Assembly: GCA_963778575.1 (NCBI GenBank)
Contig: CAVZUV010000008.1
Coordinates: 86,746-150,745, forward strand
DNA from: an uncultured delta proteobacterium
GTDB taxonomy: Bacteria; Desulfobacterota; Desulfobacteria; Desulfobacterales; UBA11574
DNA: 64,000 nt
Reading direction: 5' to 3'
Shown: one piece after another, positions 46,284 through 54,909 of the stretch
Layout: every line of letters starts with the position of its first letter
Position numbering within the stretch: position 1 is the stretch's first letter
Translations under genes and position numbers: made by a program
Notes under the pieces: generated by a model
The model's input: only the letters and a program-made list of their open reading frames with translations
Databases searched by the model: none
What the model was told of the DNA's origin: nothing

Positions 46284-46553
46284 GATAGGATTCCTCTATT
46301 TTCCGTATACAATCAGATTCAACTGCCCCGCGCAATAATTTTTTGCTGTGGGTCTGCCCGCCAATAATAGGCGTTACAATACGCAACGAGACCTTCTTTT
46401 TTTGCAATATTGAATAACTTTCTAATATTAAAAGAGATATTTTCATCATCCAAAGAACCATTGCAGATTGCAACGTTTTTATAGGAGGTGATTATAATGT
46501 TAATATCGATATAAATATAATGTTATCAATTAGATATATATTTTCGGCGGCAT

Positions 46554-46568
46554 TGGCACAAGAGTTGC
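46554..46568 (+). promoter_or_regulatory. sigma-54 (-24/-12) promoter
   Basis: TGGCAC-AAGAG-TTGC is a perfect consensus. The predicted start near 46580 excludes the track start at 46576. Confidence 0.7.
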
Positions 46569-46620
46569 TCTACCAATGAACAACAGCGAAAAAAAACATT
46601 GCACAATGGAGGATTCACCC

Positions 46621-46797
46621 ATGTTTAAATTCAAAGAGACTTTCGACAGATTGATGGCGGCAATTACCTTTGCCCAGGCCAATGAGCATGAGATGGCGCT
46701 TGATATCATGCATGACCGTCCGGAAAGCGAATCCCGGAAAAAGGCCGAAGACCGTGTTCGGCGCAGTGAAGAAACCCGTCCGGAGATGCGTATTTAA
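46621..46797 (+). CDS. small protein (58 aa) with TFA(E/Q)A(G/N)E motif
   Basis: GGAGGA RBS 8 nt before ATG 46621. MFKFKETFDRLMAAITFAQANEHEMALDIMHDRPESE... Confidence 0.55.
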   Translation: MFKFKETFDRLMAAITFAQANEHEMALDIMHDRPESESRKKAEDRVRRSEETRPEMRI

Positions 46798-46834
46798 CCG
46801 GACGCCAAGGATCAGCGGGAAAAAAAGGATAACG

Positions 46835-47335
46835 ATGAAAAGCGTATTGTTAACCATAGACGGCATGACCCCCGACCAAAAGGCATTCGAGTATGCGGTG
46901 TCTCTTTGCAAGCGGATACAGGCGGAGCTGAGCATATTCCAGATCATCAGACCCCGGTACTATCGCAAGTATATGAAAAAGATTCGAAAAAATGCCTTGC
47001 TTGCCAAAAAGCTCGTTGAAAGCGCCATAATAGCGGCAACCTTTGCGGAAGCCGGTGAGCACGAGACGGCTTTGGATATAATGACTGAGGCCTCGAAGCA
47101 GATTGAACATCTCATTCAGGAATCGGAAAAAGCAGGTGTTCATTGTCGCTTTTCGATTACGTCGGGGAATCCGGAAAAAGAGATCGTCGAATATGTCAAC
47201 GACCATCGGGACGTTATTTTGACCATCTACGATGTTTTCGGTGGCAGCGGAACCGTCGAAAGCTTTGAAAAGAAAAATACCCTTGCGAAGATTAAAAGAA
47301 ATTTATCGGTTCCCCTGGTTACGGTTCACGGTTAG
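46835..47335 (+). CDS. Usp-like protein with an internal TFAEAGE motif insert
   Basis: ATG 46835 after an AAGGA RBS. MKSVLLTIDGMTPDQKAFEYAVSL (Usp-like N-terminus), then AATFAEAGEHETALDIM, then Usp-like C-terminal strands. Confidence 0.65.
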   Translation: MKSVLLTIDGMTPDQKAFEYAVSLCKRIQAELSIFQIIRPRYYRKYMKKIRKNALLAKKLVESAIIAATFAEAGEHETALDIMTEASKQIEHLIQESEKAGVHCRFSITSGNPEKEIVEYVNDHRDVILTIYDVFGGSGTVESFEKKNTLAKIKRNLSVPLVTVHG

Positions 47336-47383
47336 ACATCAAACAAAATGAAAAAACATATATGATTTAAGGAGGAGGTAAAA

Positions 47384-47941
47384 ATGGCTGGGATTTTTGG
47401 AAGAATCAAACGAAAATTGAGCAAAACCGGCAATAAAATGGAGAAATATCATGAAGCGATTACCTTTGCCGAAGCCGGCGAATCCGAATATGCCGTAACG
47501 TCAATGGCTGAAAAAAAAGAGGCTCAGGCGCCCACAAAACTGCTGGTTATGGGCAGAGAAAGCGATTTTTCAAAAGAGATTATCGATTATGCCCTGGAAA
47601 TGGCGAAGCGGATGTCTTATGACATTCTGGCCTTAAATACGGCGCCGCTGTCCTGCGAAACATTTAAGCTATTTTCATCTTCTCGCAACCAGGTCTGTGA
47701 AGAGTTTTCGGCCATGTCCAAAAAAAATGCCGGGTTGTTTCAGGAAGCGGCTGCCGAAAAAGGAATTGCTTTTCATCACATTGTAATGTTCAGCGAGCCT
47801 GAAGAAGCGCTGGAATCCATCACCAGAGAGCATAAAGAAATCGCTTTTGTAGTGTCGGAAAGCGTGGAAGACCGAGGGGAAAGCAGGGTCGAAGAGGGTG
47901 AGCGTCTACGCCGAAATCTTTATGTTTATTCCATGGTCTAA
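47384..47941 (+). CDS. Usp-like protein with an N-terminal TFAEAGE motif
   Basis: AAGGAGGAGG RBS. HEAITFAEAGESEYAVTSM, then KLLVMGRESDFSKEIIDYALEMAKRMSYDILALN (Usp-like fold without an obvious ATP motif). Confidence 0.65.
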   Translation: MAGIFGRIKRKLSKTGNKMEKYHEAITFAEAGESEYAVTSMAEKKEAQAPTKLLVMGRESDFSKEIIDYALEMAKRMSYDILALNTAPLSCETFKLFSSSRNQVCEEFSAMSKKNAGLFQEAAAEKGIAFHHIVMFSEPEEALESITREHKEIAFVVSESVEDRGESRVEEGERLRRNLYVYSMV

Positions 47942-48053
47942 CCGGGTATCGAGTGACGGTGTTTTTCGAATAACGAGCAACGAACAACCCATAACTTCAA
48001 TTGAGCATTTTTTGCGCCATCGAGATTAAATAATATTGACTGCATAAAATCTT

Positions 48054-48090
48054 AAAATCCGGCCTTTTTTTGAAAGGCCGGATTTTCTTT
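48054..48090. terminator. bidirectional terminator between convergent genes
   Basis: AAAATCCGGCC-11 nt loop-GGCCGGATTTT. Confidence 0.65.
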
Positions 48091-48145
48091 GACCTCAATA
48101 TCGTCACACCGGAGAGCATACCGCCTAAATCCCCGGGACAGGCAA

Positions 48146-48685
48146 TTATCCGATGATCATAATGACTTCGCCGGTGGCGACCTCCGAATCTTTTTGAACC
48201 CGAATCATCTGAACAAAACCATCCATGCTACTGGTAATATTATTTTCCATTTTCATGGCTTCCATGGTCGCTACGGTTTGGCCCTTGACCACCGGGTCTC
48301 CAACTTTCACCTTGATATCCATGATGCGTCCGGGAATCGGTGCCACAATTTCACCCGCGGTCTGCACTTTTTTGGGAGACCGCACCTCGATTCGGCCCAT
48401 TGTCGGTGACGATACCCTGGGAGGTATTGGCGCCGGCTTCGGGGACGGTGCCGGTTTCGCGGATGTCGCCGGTTTCGGAGTTGCGGTAGTCACCGGTACA
48501 GCAGCATATGGCGACGCAGGAGCCGAAGGCAAAGATCCGGTTGCGACGTCCTCGTAGTTTTCAATCAGAATGTCAAAGGGTTGGCCATCGACGGTTACCT
48601 GGGCAATGCCTTCTTTGATGTCATTGATTTCAATCTCAAATTTTCGGTCGTTGACTGCAATTTTGTATTTCATAAAATGCCTCAT
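48146..48685 (-). CDS. biotin carboxyl carrier subunit of Na+-translocating decarboxylase
   Basis: Ala/Pro-rich linker and the C-terminal biotinyl motif VATMEAMKMEN. ATGA overlap with the upstream gene. Confidence 0.85.
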   Translation of the reverse strand: MRHFMKYKIAVNDRKFEIEINDIKEGIAQVTVDGQPFDILIENYEDVATGSLPSAPASPYAAVPVTTATPKPATSAKPAPSPKPAPIPPRVSSPTMGRIEVRSPKKVQTAGEIVAPIPGRIMDIKVKVGDPVVKGQTVATMEAMKMENNITSSMDGFVQMIRVQKDSEVATGEVIMIIG

Positions 48686-49614
48686 CGATTCTGCAAGCGA
48701 TTACTGCGGTTCGTAAGTATGGATCGAGCATTCATGATCCGTTCACGGCCTTGCCGGACCCAGGGCGAAATCTCCGGCTTAATAAAATGGGGGGTTGTCG
48801 TGGGTCGATGTGCTGAAAAATGCAAATGCAAGGCCGCACAGACAGCTGCGGCCAGTTCCGGTTCAACGGACTCGGCCGGTTGAATATCGGGTGCCGGGGC
48901 TTTTGGCTGCGATAGAATCTCTTTTGCTTTTTTCTTGTCTAACATCTGAAAGACCCTTCCCGAAATGATCAGGCCGATCATTAGGATGGACAGGACCAAA
49001 AAAATACCGAAGAACCGGATAAAAAGGGTACCCAAGGCATATCCCCAAAAAGAGTCCTTGGGTCCTCCCTCAAGCGTAATCCGGCCGTTGACCGCGCCGT
49101 CACTGTCAAATGGTCCGCCGTCCTTTACGGAAATCGTCAGTTTTTGGACCAGGTCGGGAAGGCTTAGATTCTGCGCGTCAGCGTTTACCCAGGGTTCTTT
49201 TGACGTTGGGTTGAATACCCAGTACTCGGTCGAGCTGGTGAAAAAATTCGACGTTATGGCTACCTTGGCCTCTCCGCCCGGAGAAACTTTGTCGATCTTG
49301 ATCACAAAAAGTTCGGACTTGAAATCCTTATTGTCGACGCCGGGACCGGCAGCCTCTTTAAAATCCATACCTTCAACATCGATGAGGTCGCCGCCTGAAA
49401 CCTGGAACTGAATAGAAACGCTGGTGCTTTTTGCACGAGGAATGAGCTTGGCCGTGATGATATCTCCCGCACGGGTGAATTCGGGTTTGGGCTTTTCCAG
49501 ATCTTCACCAAAAGCCGCCCAAACCTGGGTCCGTGGCGCCAAGACAATCAACATTAATGCCAAAATGAACCACGTCCAAATTCTTTTGAAAAATTCATCA
49601 GGTAAACTCGTCAT
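48682..49614 (-). CDS. OadG/MmdD-like small-subunit homolog fused to a ~190-aa N-terminal extracytoplasmic domain
   Basis: C-terminal part: TM helix FIRFFGIFLVLSILMIGLIISG plus PELAAAVCAALHLH, as in decarboxylase gamma/delta subunits. N-terminal part: a signal anchor and a beta-rich domain with DGGPFDSDGAVNGRITLEGGP. Confidence 0.6.
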   Translation of the reverse strand: MTSLPDEFFKRIWTWFILALMLIVLAPRTQVWAAFGEDLEKPKPEFTRAGDIITAKLIPRAKSTSVSIQFQVSGGDLIDVEGMDFKEAAGPGVDNKDFKSELFVIKIDKVSPGGEAKVAITSNFFTSSTEYWVFNPTSKEPWVNADAQNLSLPDLVQKLTISVKDGGPFDSDGAVNGRITLEGGPKDSFWGYALGTLFIRFFGIFLVLSILMIGLIISGRVFQMLDKKKAKEILSQPKAPAPDIQPAESVEPELAAAVCAALHLHFSAHRPTTTPHFIKPEISPWVRQGRERIMNARSILTNRSNRLQNR

Positions 49615-49623
49615 AATGCTCTC

Positions 49624-50772
49624 CTACTTGAACATGGCGATGAACATTCCTGCCGCGGAGGCAGAACCGATAACGCCGGCAAGGTTGGGGCCCATGGCAT
49701 GCATGATGAGCCAGTTATCGGGGTCGGCTTTCTGGCCTTCCACTTGAGAAACCCGGGCGGCCATGGGTACTGCGGAAACCCCTGCGGAGCCGATAAGAGG
49801 GTTCATCTTTTCTTTTAAAAACAGATTCATGATGTGGACGGTCAGGATACCGCCGAAGGTACATATAATAAAATCCAAAAGCCCAAAGCCGAAAATCAGC
49901 ATCGGTTTCCAGCTCAAAAAGACATTGGCCTGCATGGTCGCTCCTACCGAAAGCCCCAACAGTATCGTGACAATGTTCATCATGGCGTTTTGAGCTGTTT
50001 CGCTCAGGCGCTTCACCACACCGCATTCGCGCATAAAATTTCCGAACATGAACATGCCCATCAACGGCGCTACGGCAGGAATCAGAAGAATAATGAAAAT
50101 CGTCGCAATGAGCGGAAAGAGCAGCTTTTCTTTTGCGGAAACGGGCCTGAGCTGCCGCATTTTGATCCGGCGTTGTTCGGGGGTGGTCATCAGACGCATG
50201 ATGGGCGGCTGTATGAGGGGAACCATGGCCATGTAAGAATAAGCGGCCAACGCATTGGGGCCTAACAGCTGCGGTGCGAGCATGGCGGTCAGGTAAATCG
50301 TGGTGGGGCCGTCCGCGCCGCCGATGATTCCCACCGACGCAGCTTCTTTTAATGTAAAACCGAAAAAGAGGGTCCCGCAATACGTGATGAACACCCCGAG
50401 CTGTGCCCCGGCACCCACGATCAGCGTTTTCGGATTGGCGATCAGTGGTCCGAAATCGGTCATTGCTCCCAGCCCCAAGAAGATCAGGCATGGGATGATT
50501 TCCCACTGCACACCGTATTTATAAAAGGCTCTGATGAGTTCGGGGTCGCCGTGTTCGGTAAAGCCCATGAGCGGTGCCAGGGGAAAGTTCACCAAAAATA
50601 TTCCAAAGCCGATGGGAACGAGCAGCAGCGGTTCATATTCTTTGGCGACGGCGAGGTAAAGGAAAAAAAAGGAAATGAGGATCATGATCACCTGGCCCAC
50701 CTCCAGGTTCGGTATGCCTGTCTGCGTTAGAAGGATGCTCTTAATCAGTTCAAATACTTGATCCCAGCTCAT
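49624..50772 (-). CDS. Na+-translocating decarboxylase beta subunit (OadB/MmdB/GcdB family)
   Basis: 382 aa and polytopic. GAMTDFGPLIANP and IGGADGPT motifs. Confidence 0.9.
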   Translation of the reverse strand: MSWDQVFELIKSILLTQTGIPNLEVGQVIMILISFFFLYLAVAKEYEPLLLVPIGFGIFLVNFPLAPLMGFTEHGDPELIRAFYKYGVQWEIIPCLIFLGLGAMTDFGPLIANPKTLIVGAGAQLGVFITYCGTLFFGFTLKEAASVGIIGGADGPTTIYLTAMLAPQLLGPNALAAYSYMAMVPLIQPPIMRLMTTPEQRRIKMRQLRPVSAKEKLLFPLIATIFIILLIPAVAPLMGMFMFGNFMRECGVVKRLSETAQNAMMNIVTILLGLSVGATMQANVFLSWKPMLIFGFGLLDFIICTFGGILTVHIMNLFLKEKMNPLIGSAGVSAVPMAARVSQVEGQKADPDNWLIMHAMGPNLAGVIGSASAAGMFIAMFK

Positions 50773-50795
50773 ATAACGGTCTCCTGTTTAAAGGT

Positions 50796-52346
50796 TTAAA
50801 GGGGAATGTTTCCGTGTTTCTTTGGAGGGTTGGTATCTCGTTTATTGCTGAGCATCCTTAACGCCTGGATGATTTTCCACCGGGTATCCGCCGGATCGAT
50901 GACCTCATCGATATAACCGTGTTCCGCAGCCCTGTATGGATTCGAAAATTTATCCCGATAGTCGTCGATCAGTCGCTGTCTTTCCGTTTCAGGATCTTCG
51001 GCTTTTTTAATCTGACTGCGGCAAATGATATTCACGGCGCCGTCAGCGCCCATGACCGCAATCTCTGCATTGGGATACGCCAAGATGATATCACCCCTAA
51101 GATGTTTCGAGCTCATGACAATATAGGCGCCGCCGTAAGCCTTGCGGGTAATGACGGTCACGCGCGGCACGGTGGATTCGGCAAATGCATAGATCAACTT
51201 GGCGCCGTGCTTGATAATTCCGCCGTGTTCCTGGTGGGTACCGGGCATGAATCCCGGGACATCCTCAAAAATAACCAGCGGGATATTAAAACAGTCGCAA
51301 AAACGGACAAACCGGGCGCCTTTATTGGAGGCATTGATGTCGAGGACTCCGGCCATTGCAGCGGGTTGGTTGGCGACAACTCCCACCGGCATACCGTCAA
51401 ATCTGCCGAAACCGACAACGATGCTGGGTGCCCAGTGTTCATGCACTTCAAAAAAATAATTGTCATCCAGGCAGGCCCTAATGACATTGCGCATGTCATA
51501 GGGCTTGTTGGAGTCCGAAGGGACGATTTCGCGAATGCTCTCCTCGCGACGCATGGGGTCGTCAACCGGCGATCGCCGGGGTGGATCTTCCATGTTGTTC
51601 TGGGGCAGAAAAGACATGAGTTCCCGAATTTTTTCGATGCACGTTTCATCGTTGGGACAGGGAAAGTGCGCCACACCGCTTTTGGCACTGTGTGCCATTG
51701 CGCCGCCGAGTTCTTCCATGGTGACATCTTCCCGGGTAACGGCCTTGACGACTTCGGGGCCGGTTATAAACATATAACTGGTATTTTCAACCATAAAAAC
51801 CCAGTCGGTCAACGCCGGGGAATAGACGGCCCCTCCGGCAGAAGGGCCCATAATGGCGCTAATCTGGGGGATGACCCCGGATGCCATAACATTCAAAAGA
51901 AATATATCACCGTATCCGGCCAGGCTCATAACCCCTTCCTGGATTCTCGCACCGCCGGAGTCATTGAGCCCGATGACCGGCGCGCCGACGCGCATGGCAT
52001 GCTGGAGAACTTTGCAGATTTTTTCAGCATGGGCCAGAGAAAGAGAACCGCCGTGTGCAGTGAAATCTTGTGCAAATACAAATATTTGTCTTCCATGCAT
52101 CAGCCCATGCCCCGTAACGACGCCGTCGCCCGGGATCTTTTTATTCTCCATTCCGAAATCGGTACAGCGGTGCACTTTAAATCGATCGAACTCGACAAAC
52201 GTTCCTTCATCCAAAAGCTTGTCGATTCGCTCACGGGCGGTGAGTTTTCCTGAATCGTGCTGTTTTTGGATTCGGTCGGGACCACCGCCTTCCATGGCTT
52301 TCCGGTTCTTTCCATCGAGTTTTTCGAGTATTTCTTTTGAGTCCAT
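50796..52346 (-). CDS. acyl-CoA carboxyltransferase (decarboxylase alpha subunit, methylmalonyl-CoA decarboxylase/PccB-like)
   Basis: 516 aa with GGGPDRIQKQHDSGKLTARERIDKLLDEGTFVEFD and DSGGARIQEG. The substrate cannot be assigned from sequence alone. Confidence 0.85.
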   Translation of the reverse strand: MDSKEILEKLDGKNRKAMEGGGPDRIQKQHDSGKLTARERIDKLLDEGTFVEFDRFKVHRCTDFGMENKKIPGDGVVTGHGLMHGRQIFVFAQDFTAHGGSLSLAHAEKICKVLQHAMRVGAPVIGLNDSGGARIQEGVMSLAGYGDIFLLNVMASGVIPQISAIMGPSAGGAVYSPALTDWVFMVENTSYMFITGPEVVKAVTREDVTMEELGGAMAHSAKSGVAHFPCPNDETCIEKIRELMSFLPQNNMEDPPRRSPVDDPMRREESIREIVPSDSNKPYDMRNVIRACLDDNYFFEVHEHWAPSIVVGFGRFDGMPVGVVANQPAAMAGVLDINASNKGARFVRFCDCFNIPLVIFEDVPGFMPGTHQEHGGIIKHGAKLIYAFAESTVPRVTVITRKAYGGAYIVMSSKHLRGDIILAYPNAEIAVMGADGAVNIICRSQIKKAEDPETERQRLIDDYRDKFSNPYRAAEHGYIDEVIDPADTRWKIIQALRMLSNKRDTNPPKKHGNIPL

Positions 52347-52915
52347 GCAGTCTCCTTTGTTCGATCCACAGGGTGAAGCGGGAATGCATACCCGGTGAAC
52401 TTTTATTTAAAACAGTCATTATGTTGGCGTACGGTCAACTGAGTCCATGCGGCAACAGTTATTTTTAAACGGTCATTGGTGAATGGATTGCTCAACTGCC
52501 CTTAGCAAAAATTATGAAAGGATTCAATCGAAAAAACTGAAATAATTCTCAAATCAACATCGTTATGGGCAAAACAAAGCCTTTATGCCGGATCCGTCAT
52601 CACGGGATCGCATTAAAAATTGTCGCGACTTCCTAAATTGTTCGTCATCGCTGAAATTTAGGGTTGCGCCGGTTGAGATAGATAGTTGTTTCAATATGAA
52701 ACTTTAGGGGAAAACCGCGACAATTTGTGCCTGAAGAAAACGTGTTATAACCGTATCGAGCCCCTTTAAACATCCGTGTCGTTGAAACAGAAGATTCTGA
52801 TTTTATGTAGATTTCGGATTTTGTGTTTTTTTTGGCGGAAACCATATTCCATATTGCAAAAAATTTAAATGTATGCATTATATAACTCTTTTTAAAATCA
52901 AAAAAGGAGGTTGGA

Positions 52916-52996
52916 GTGGATACGCATTTCCTTTTTGGCCTTGTGCTTATCGGTTTTGCTTTCTGGCTGTGTTTTAAGTTCAGAAAAAAGAAATGA
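52916..52996 (+). CDS. candidate 26-aa hydrophobic leader peptide upstream of the DASS permease
   Basis: AGGAGG RBS 5 nt before GTG. (M)DTHFLFGLVLIGFAFWLCFKFRKKK. An overlapping alternative frame from TTG 52911 would give a lipobox-like LLSGC but has no RBS spacing. Confidence 0.3.
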   Translation: MDTHFLFGLVLIGFAFWLCFKFRKKK

Positions 52997-53057
52997 TCGG
53001 AGATGTCATATAGATGTCGAAATTCACACATGATGATGCAGGAAGGGATATTTAGCG

Positions 53058-54872
53058 ATGACACCTGAGATGATCTTGACAATGATTGTACTTGGTTTTG
53101 CCGTCGTTCTGTTTATTTTTGAATGGGTAAGGGTCGATGTCGTGGGAATTATCATGATGGCGTTGCTCCCGCTTATCGGCCTGATATCGCCGAAAGAAGC
53201 ATTTGTCGGCTTGAGCAGTAACGCCGTTGTCTCCATCATGGCGGTCATCATTATCGGCGCCGGTCTTGACAAGACAGGGGTCATGAACAAAGTGGCCGGC
53301 CCCATCATCAAGATGGCCGGCAACAGCGAAAAAAAAGTAATTATGCTGGTATCCGGTACTGTTGGCATCATATCGAGCATGATGCAGAATATCGGTGCCG
53401 CAGCCCTGTTTCTTCCGGCGACCCAGCGAATTTCCAAAAGAATGGGGGTACCGATATCTCGACTCCTGATGCCCATGGGATTCTGTGCCATCATCGGCGG
53501 AACCATCACGCTGGTAGGAGCCAGTCCCACCATTCTCTTGAATGATCTCATGGTTCTCGGCGGGAAAAAGCTGCAACCCTTCGGCCTTTTCACCCAAACC
53601 CCCATCGGCATCTGCTTGCTTTCCAGTGCCATCATCTATTTTATTCTTTTCGGAAAATTTATCCTGCCGGCGGCGGAAGGCGAAGCGGAAAAGGGGGTTA
53701 CGGCGCTGTTGATGGAAGCCTACCAGGGACTCGAAAATACGTTTGAAATCCATATCCCGGATACCTTTGTCGGCCCCAAGACGTTGGAGGAACTGGCCAT
53801 CAGGCCGAAATTTCTGGTGACCGTGGTGGCCGTCAGTTTTACGGCGGAAAACGAAAAAACTTTTGTGCCGAAAAGCAGTGATGTTATTTCTCCGGGAGAT
53901 AACATTGCCGTTATCGGCAAGGAAAAAATGGTTAAAATGCTTGCCGACGAATACGGATGGAAGATCAAGGGCGGGCTGGATGTTTTTGGAGAGAGCCTGG
54001 CGGTGATTAATGCCGGGATGGCGGAAACAGTGGTGTCTCCCCGGTCGGAACTGATCGGCAAAACCATGAGTCAGGTTAATTTTAAGGAAATGTACGGTGT
54101 AAACCCGGTGGCGCTGTTTACCGGCAATAAGATTATTTACAGCAACTTAACCCATGTTCGGCTGCAAATGGGCGATACGCTGTTGCTCCAGGCGCCCTGG
54201 GAGAAATTTCACATTCTAAGAAATCAGCCGCAGCCCCGGGCACTGACCTTTGCCACAGCCCTTGAAGGTGAAATCATGCGTCCGGAAAAGGCCAAACTGG
54301 CGATAACTTGGCTAGCCGTGGCCCTGGCGCAAATTATTTTTTTTAAAATTCAGCTTTCCGTGGCGCTCATGTCCGGAGCGCTGGGCATGATCATCACCGG
54401 CGTGCTCTCGGTGGATGAAGCCTATCGCGCCGTGGACTGGATGACCGTGTTTCTCCTGGCCGGCCTGATCCCCTTAGGTATTGCTTTTGAAAAAACCGGC
54501 ACGGCTGCGTTTATTGCAAAATTCGTTCTCGGGATGCTGGGTAATCCCTCACCCATCGTCTTGCTGGGGGCGGTGGGCATCATGACCTCTTTTTTCACCC
54601 TGGTGATTTCCAATGTCGGCGCAACAGTGCTTCTGGTTCCGCTGTGCATGAACATGGCGGTCATGGCCGGCGGAGATCCCCGAATGGCGGCGCTGGTCGT
54701 GGGATTGTCGGCATCCAATACATTCGTTCTTCCGACGCATCAGGTCAACGCCCTTGTTATGAGACCCGGGGGCTATCGTACCGTGGACTATGCCAAGGCG
54801 GGGGCAATTATGACGGTCATCTTTTTAACCGTGGAATTGACCATTCTCTATTTCTTTTATGGCATTCAGTGA
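53058..54872 (+). CDS. DASS/SLC13-family anion permease with two central TrkA-C domains
   Basis: 604 aa. N- and C-terminal transporter halves flank two TrkA_C-like segments (GDNIAVIGKEKMVKML and GDTLLLQAPWEKF). Confidence 0.8.
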   Translation: MTPEMILTMIVLGFAVVLFIFEWVRVDVVGIIMMALLPLIGLISPKEAFVGLSSNAVVSIMAVIIIGAGLDKTGVMNKVAGPIIKMAGNSEKKVIMLVSGTVGIISSMMQNIGAAALFLPATQRISKRMGVPISRLLMPMGFCAIIGGTITLVGASPTILLNDLMVLGGKKLQPFGLFTQTPIGICLLSSAIIYFILFGKFILPAAEGEAEKGVTALLMEAYQGLENTFEIHIPDTFVGPKTLEELAIRPKFLVTVVAVSFTAENEKTFVPKSSDVISPGDNIAVIGKEKMVKMLADEYGWKIKGGLDVFGESLAVINAGMAETVVSPRSELIGKTMSQVNFKEMYGVNPVALFTGNKIIYSNLTHVRLQMGDTLLLQAPWEKFHILRNQPQPRALTFATALEGEIMRPEKAKLAITWLAVALAQIIFFKIQLSVALMSGALGMIITGVLSVDEAYRAVDWMTVFLLAGLIPLGIAFEKTGTAAFIAKFVLGMLGNPSPIVLLGAVGIMTSFFTLVISNVGATVLLVPLCMNMAVMAGGDPRMAALVVGLSASNTFVLPTHQVNALVMRPGGYRTVDYAKAGAIMTVIFLTVELTILYFFYGIQ

Positions 54873-54909
54873 TTTTTTGGAAAAGGCGCTATTCAGGAGG
54901 TAATGGGTA

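Noticed and set aside
46401-46426. TTTGCAATATTGAATAAC, a partial resemblance to the 26-nt element upstream of the 46554 promoter
   Set aside because: Only the first hexamer matches (5 of 6), the NGACA half is absent, and the distance to the -24 box is 153 nt rather than 100 or 122.
48089-48557. 106- and 110-aa plus-strand ORFs over the biotin-carrier gene
   Set aside because: They are antisense to a gene with a clear AMKM biotinylation motif. The Gly/Ala-rich translation mirrors the Ala/Pro linker.
50919-52253. 444-aa ORF antisense to the carboxyltransferase, plus other long alternative-frame ORFs across 49715..52398
   Set aside because: The minus-strand genes carry unmistakable decarboxylase motifs. 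The alternative frames are Arg/Gly/His-rich shadows with no motifs.
53024-53753. 203- and 233-aa ORFs antisense to the DASS permease, and the 145-aa ORF at 52645..53082
   Set aside because: These are shadow ORFs opposite a well-supported transporter or across an AT-rich spacer. They have no RBS and an implausible composition.
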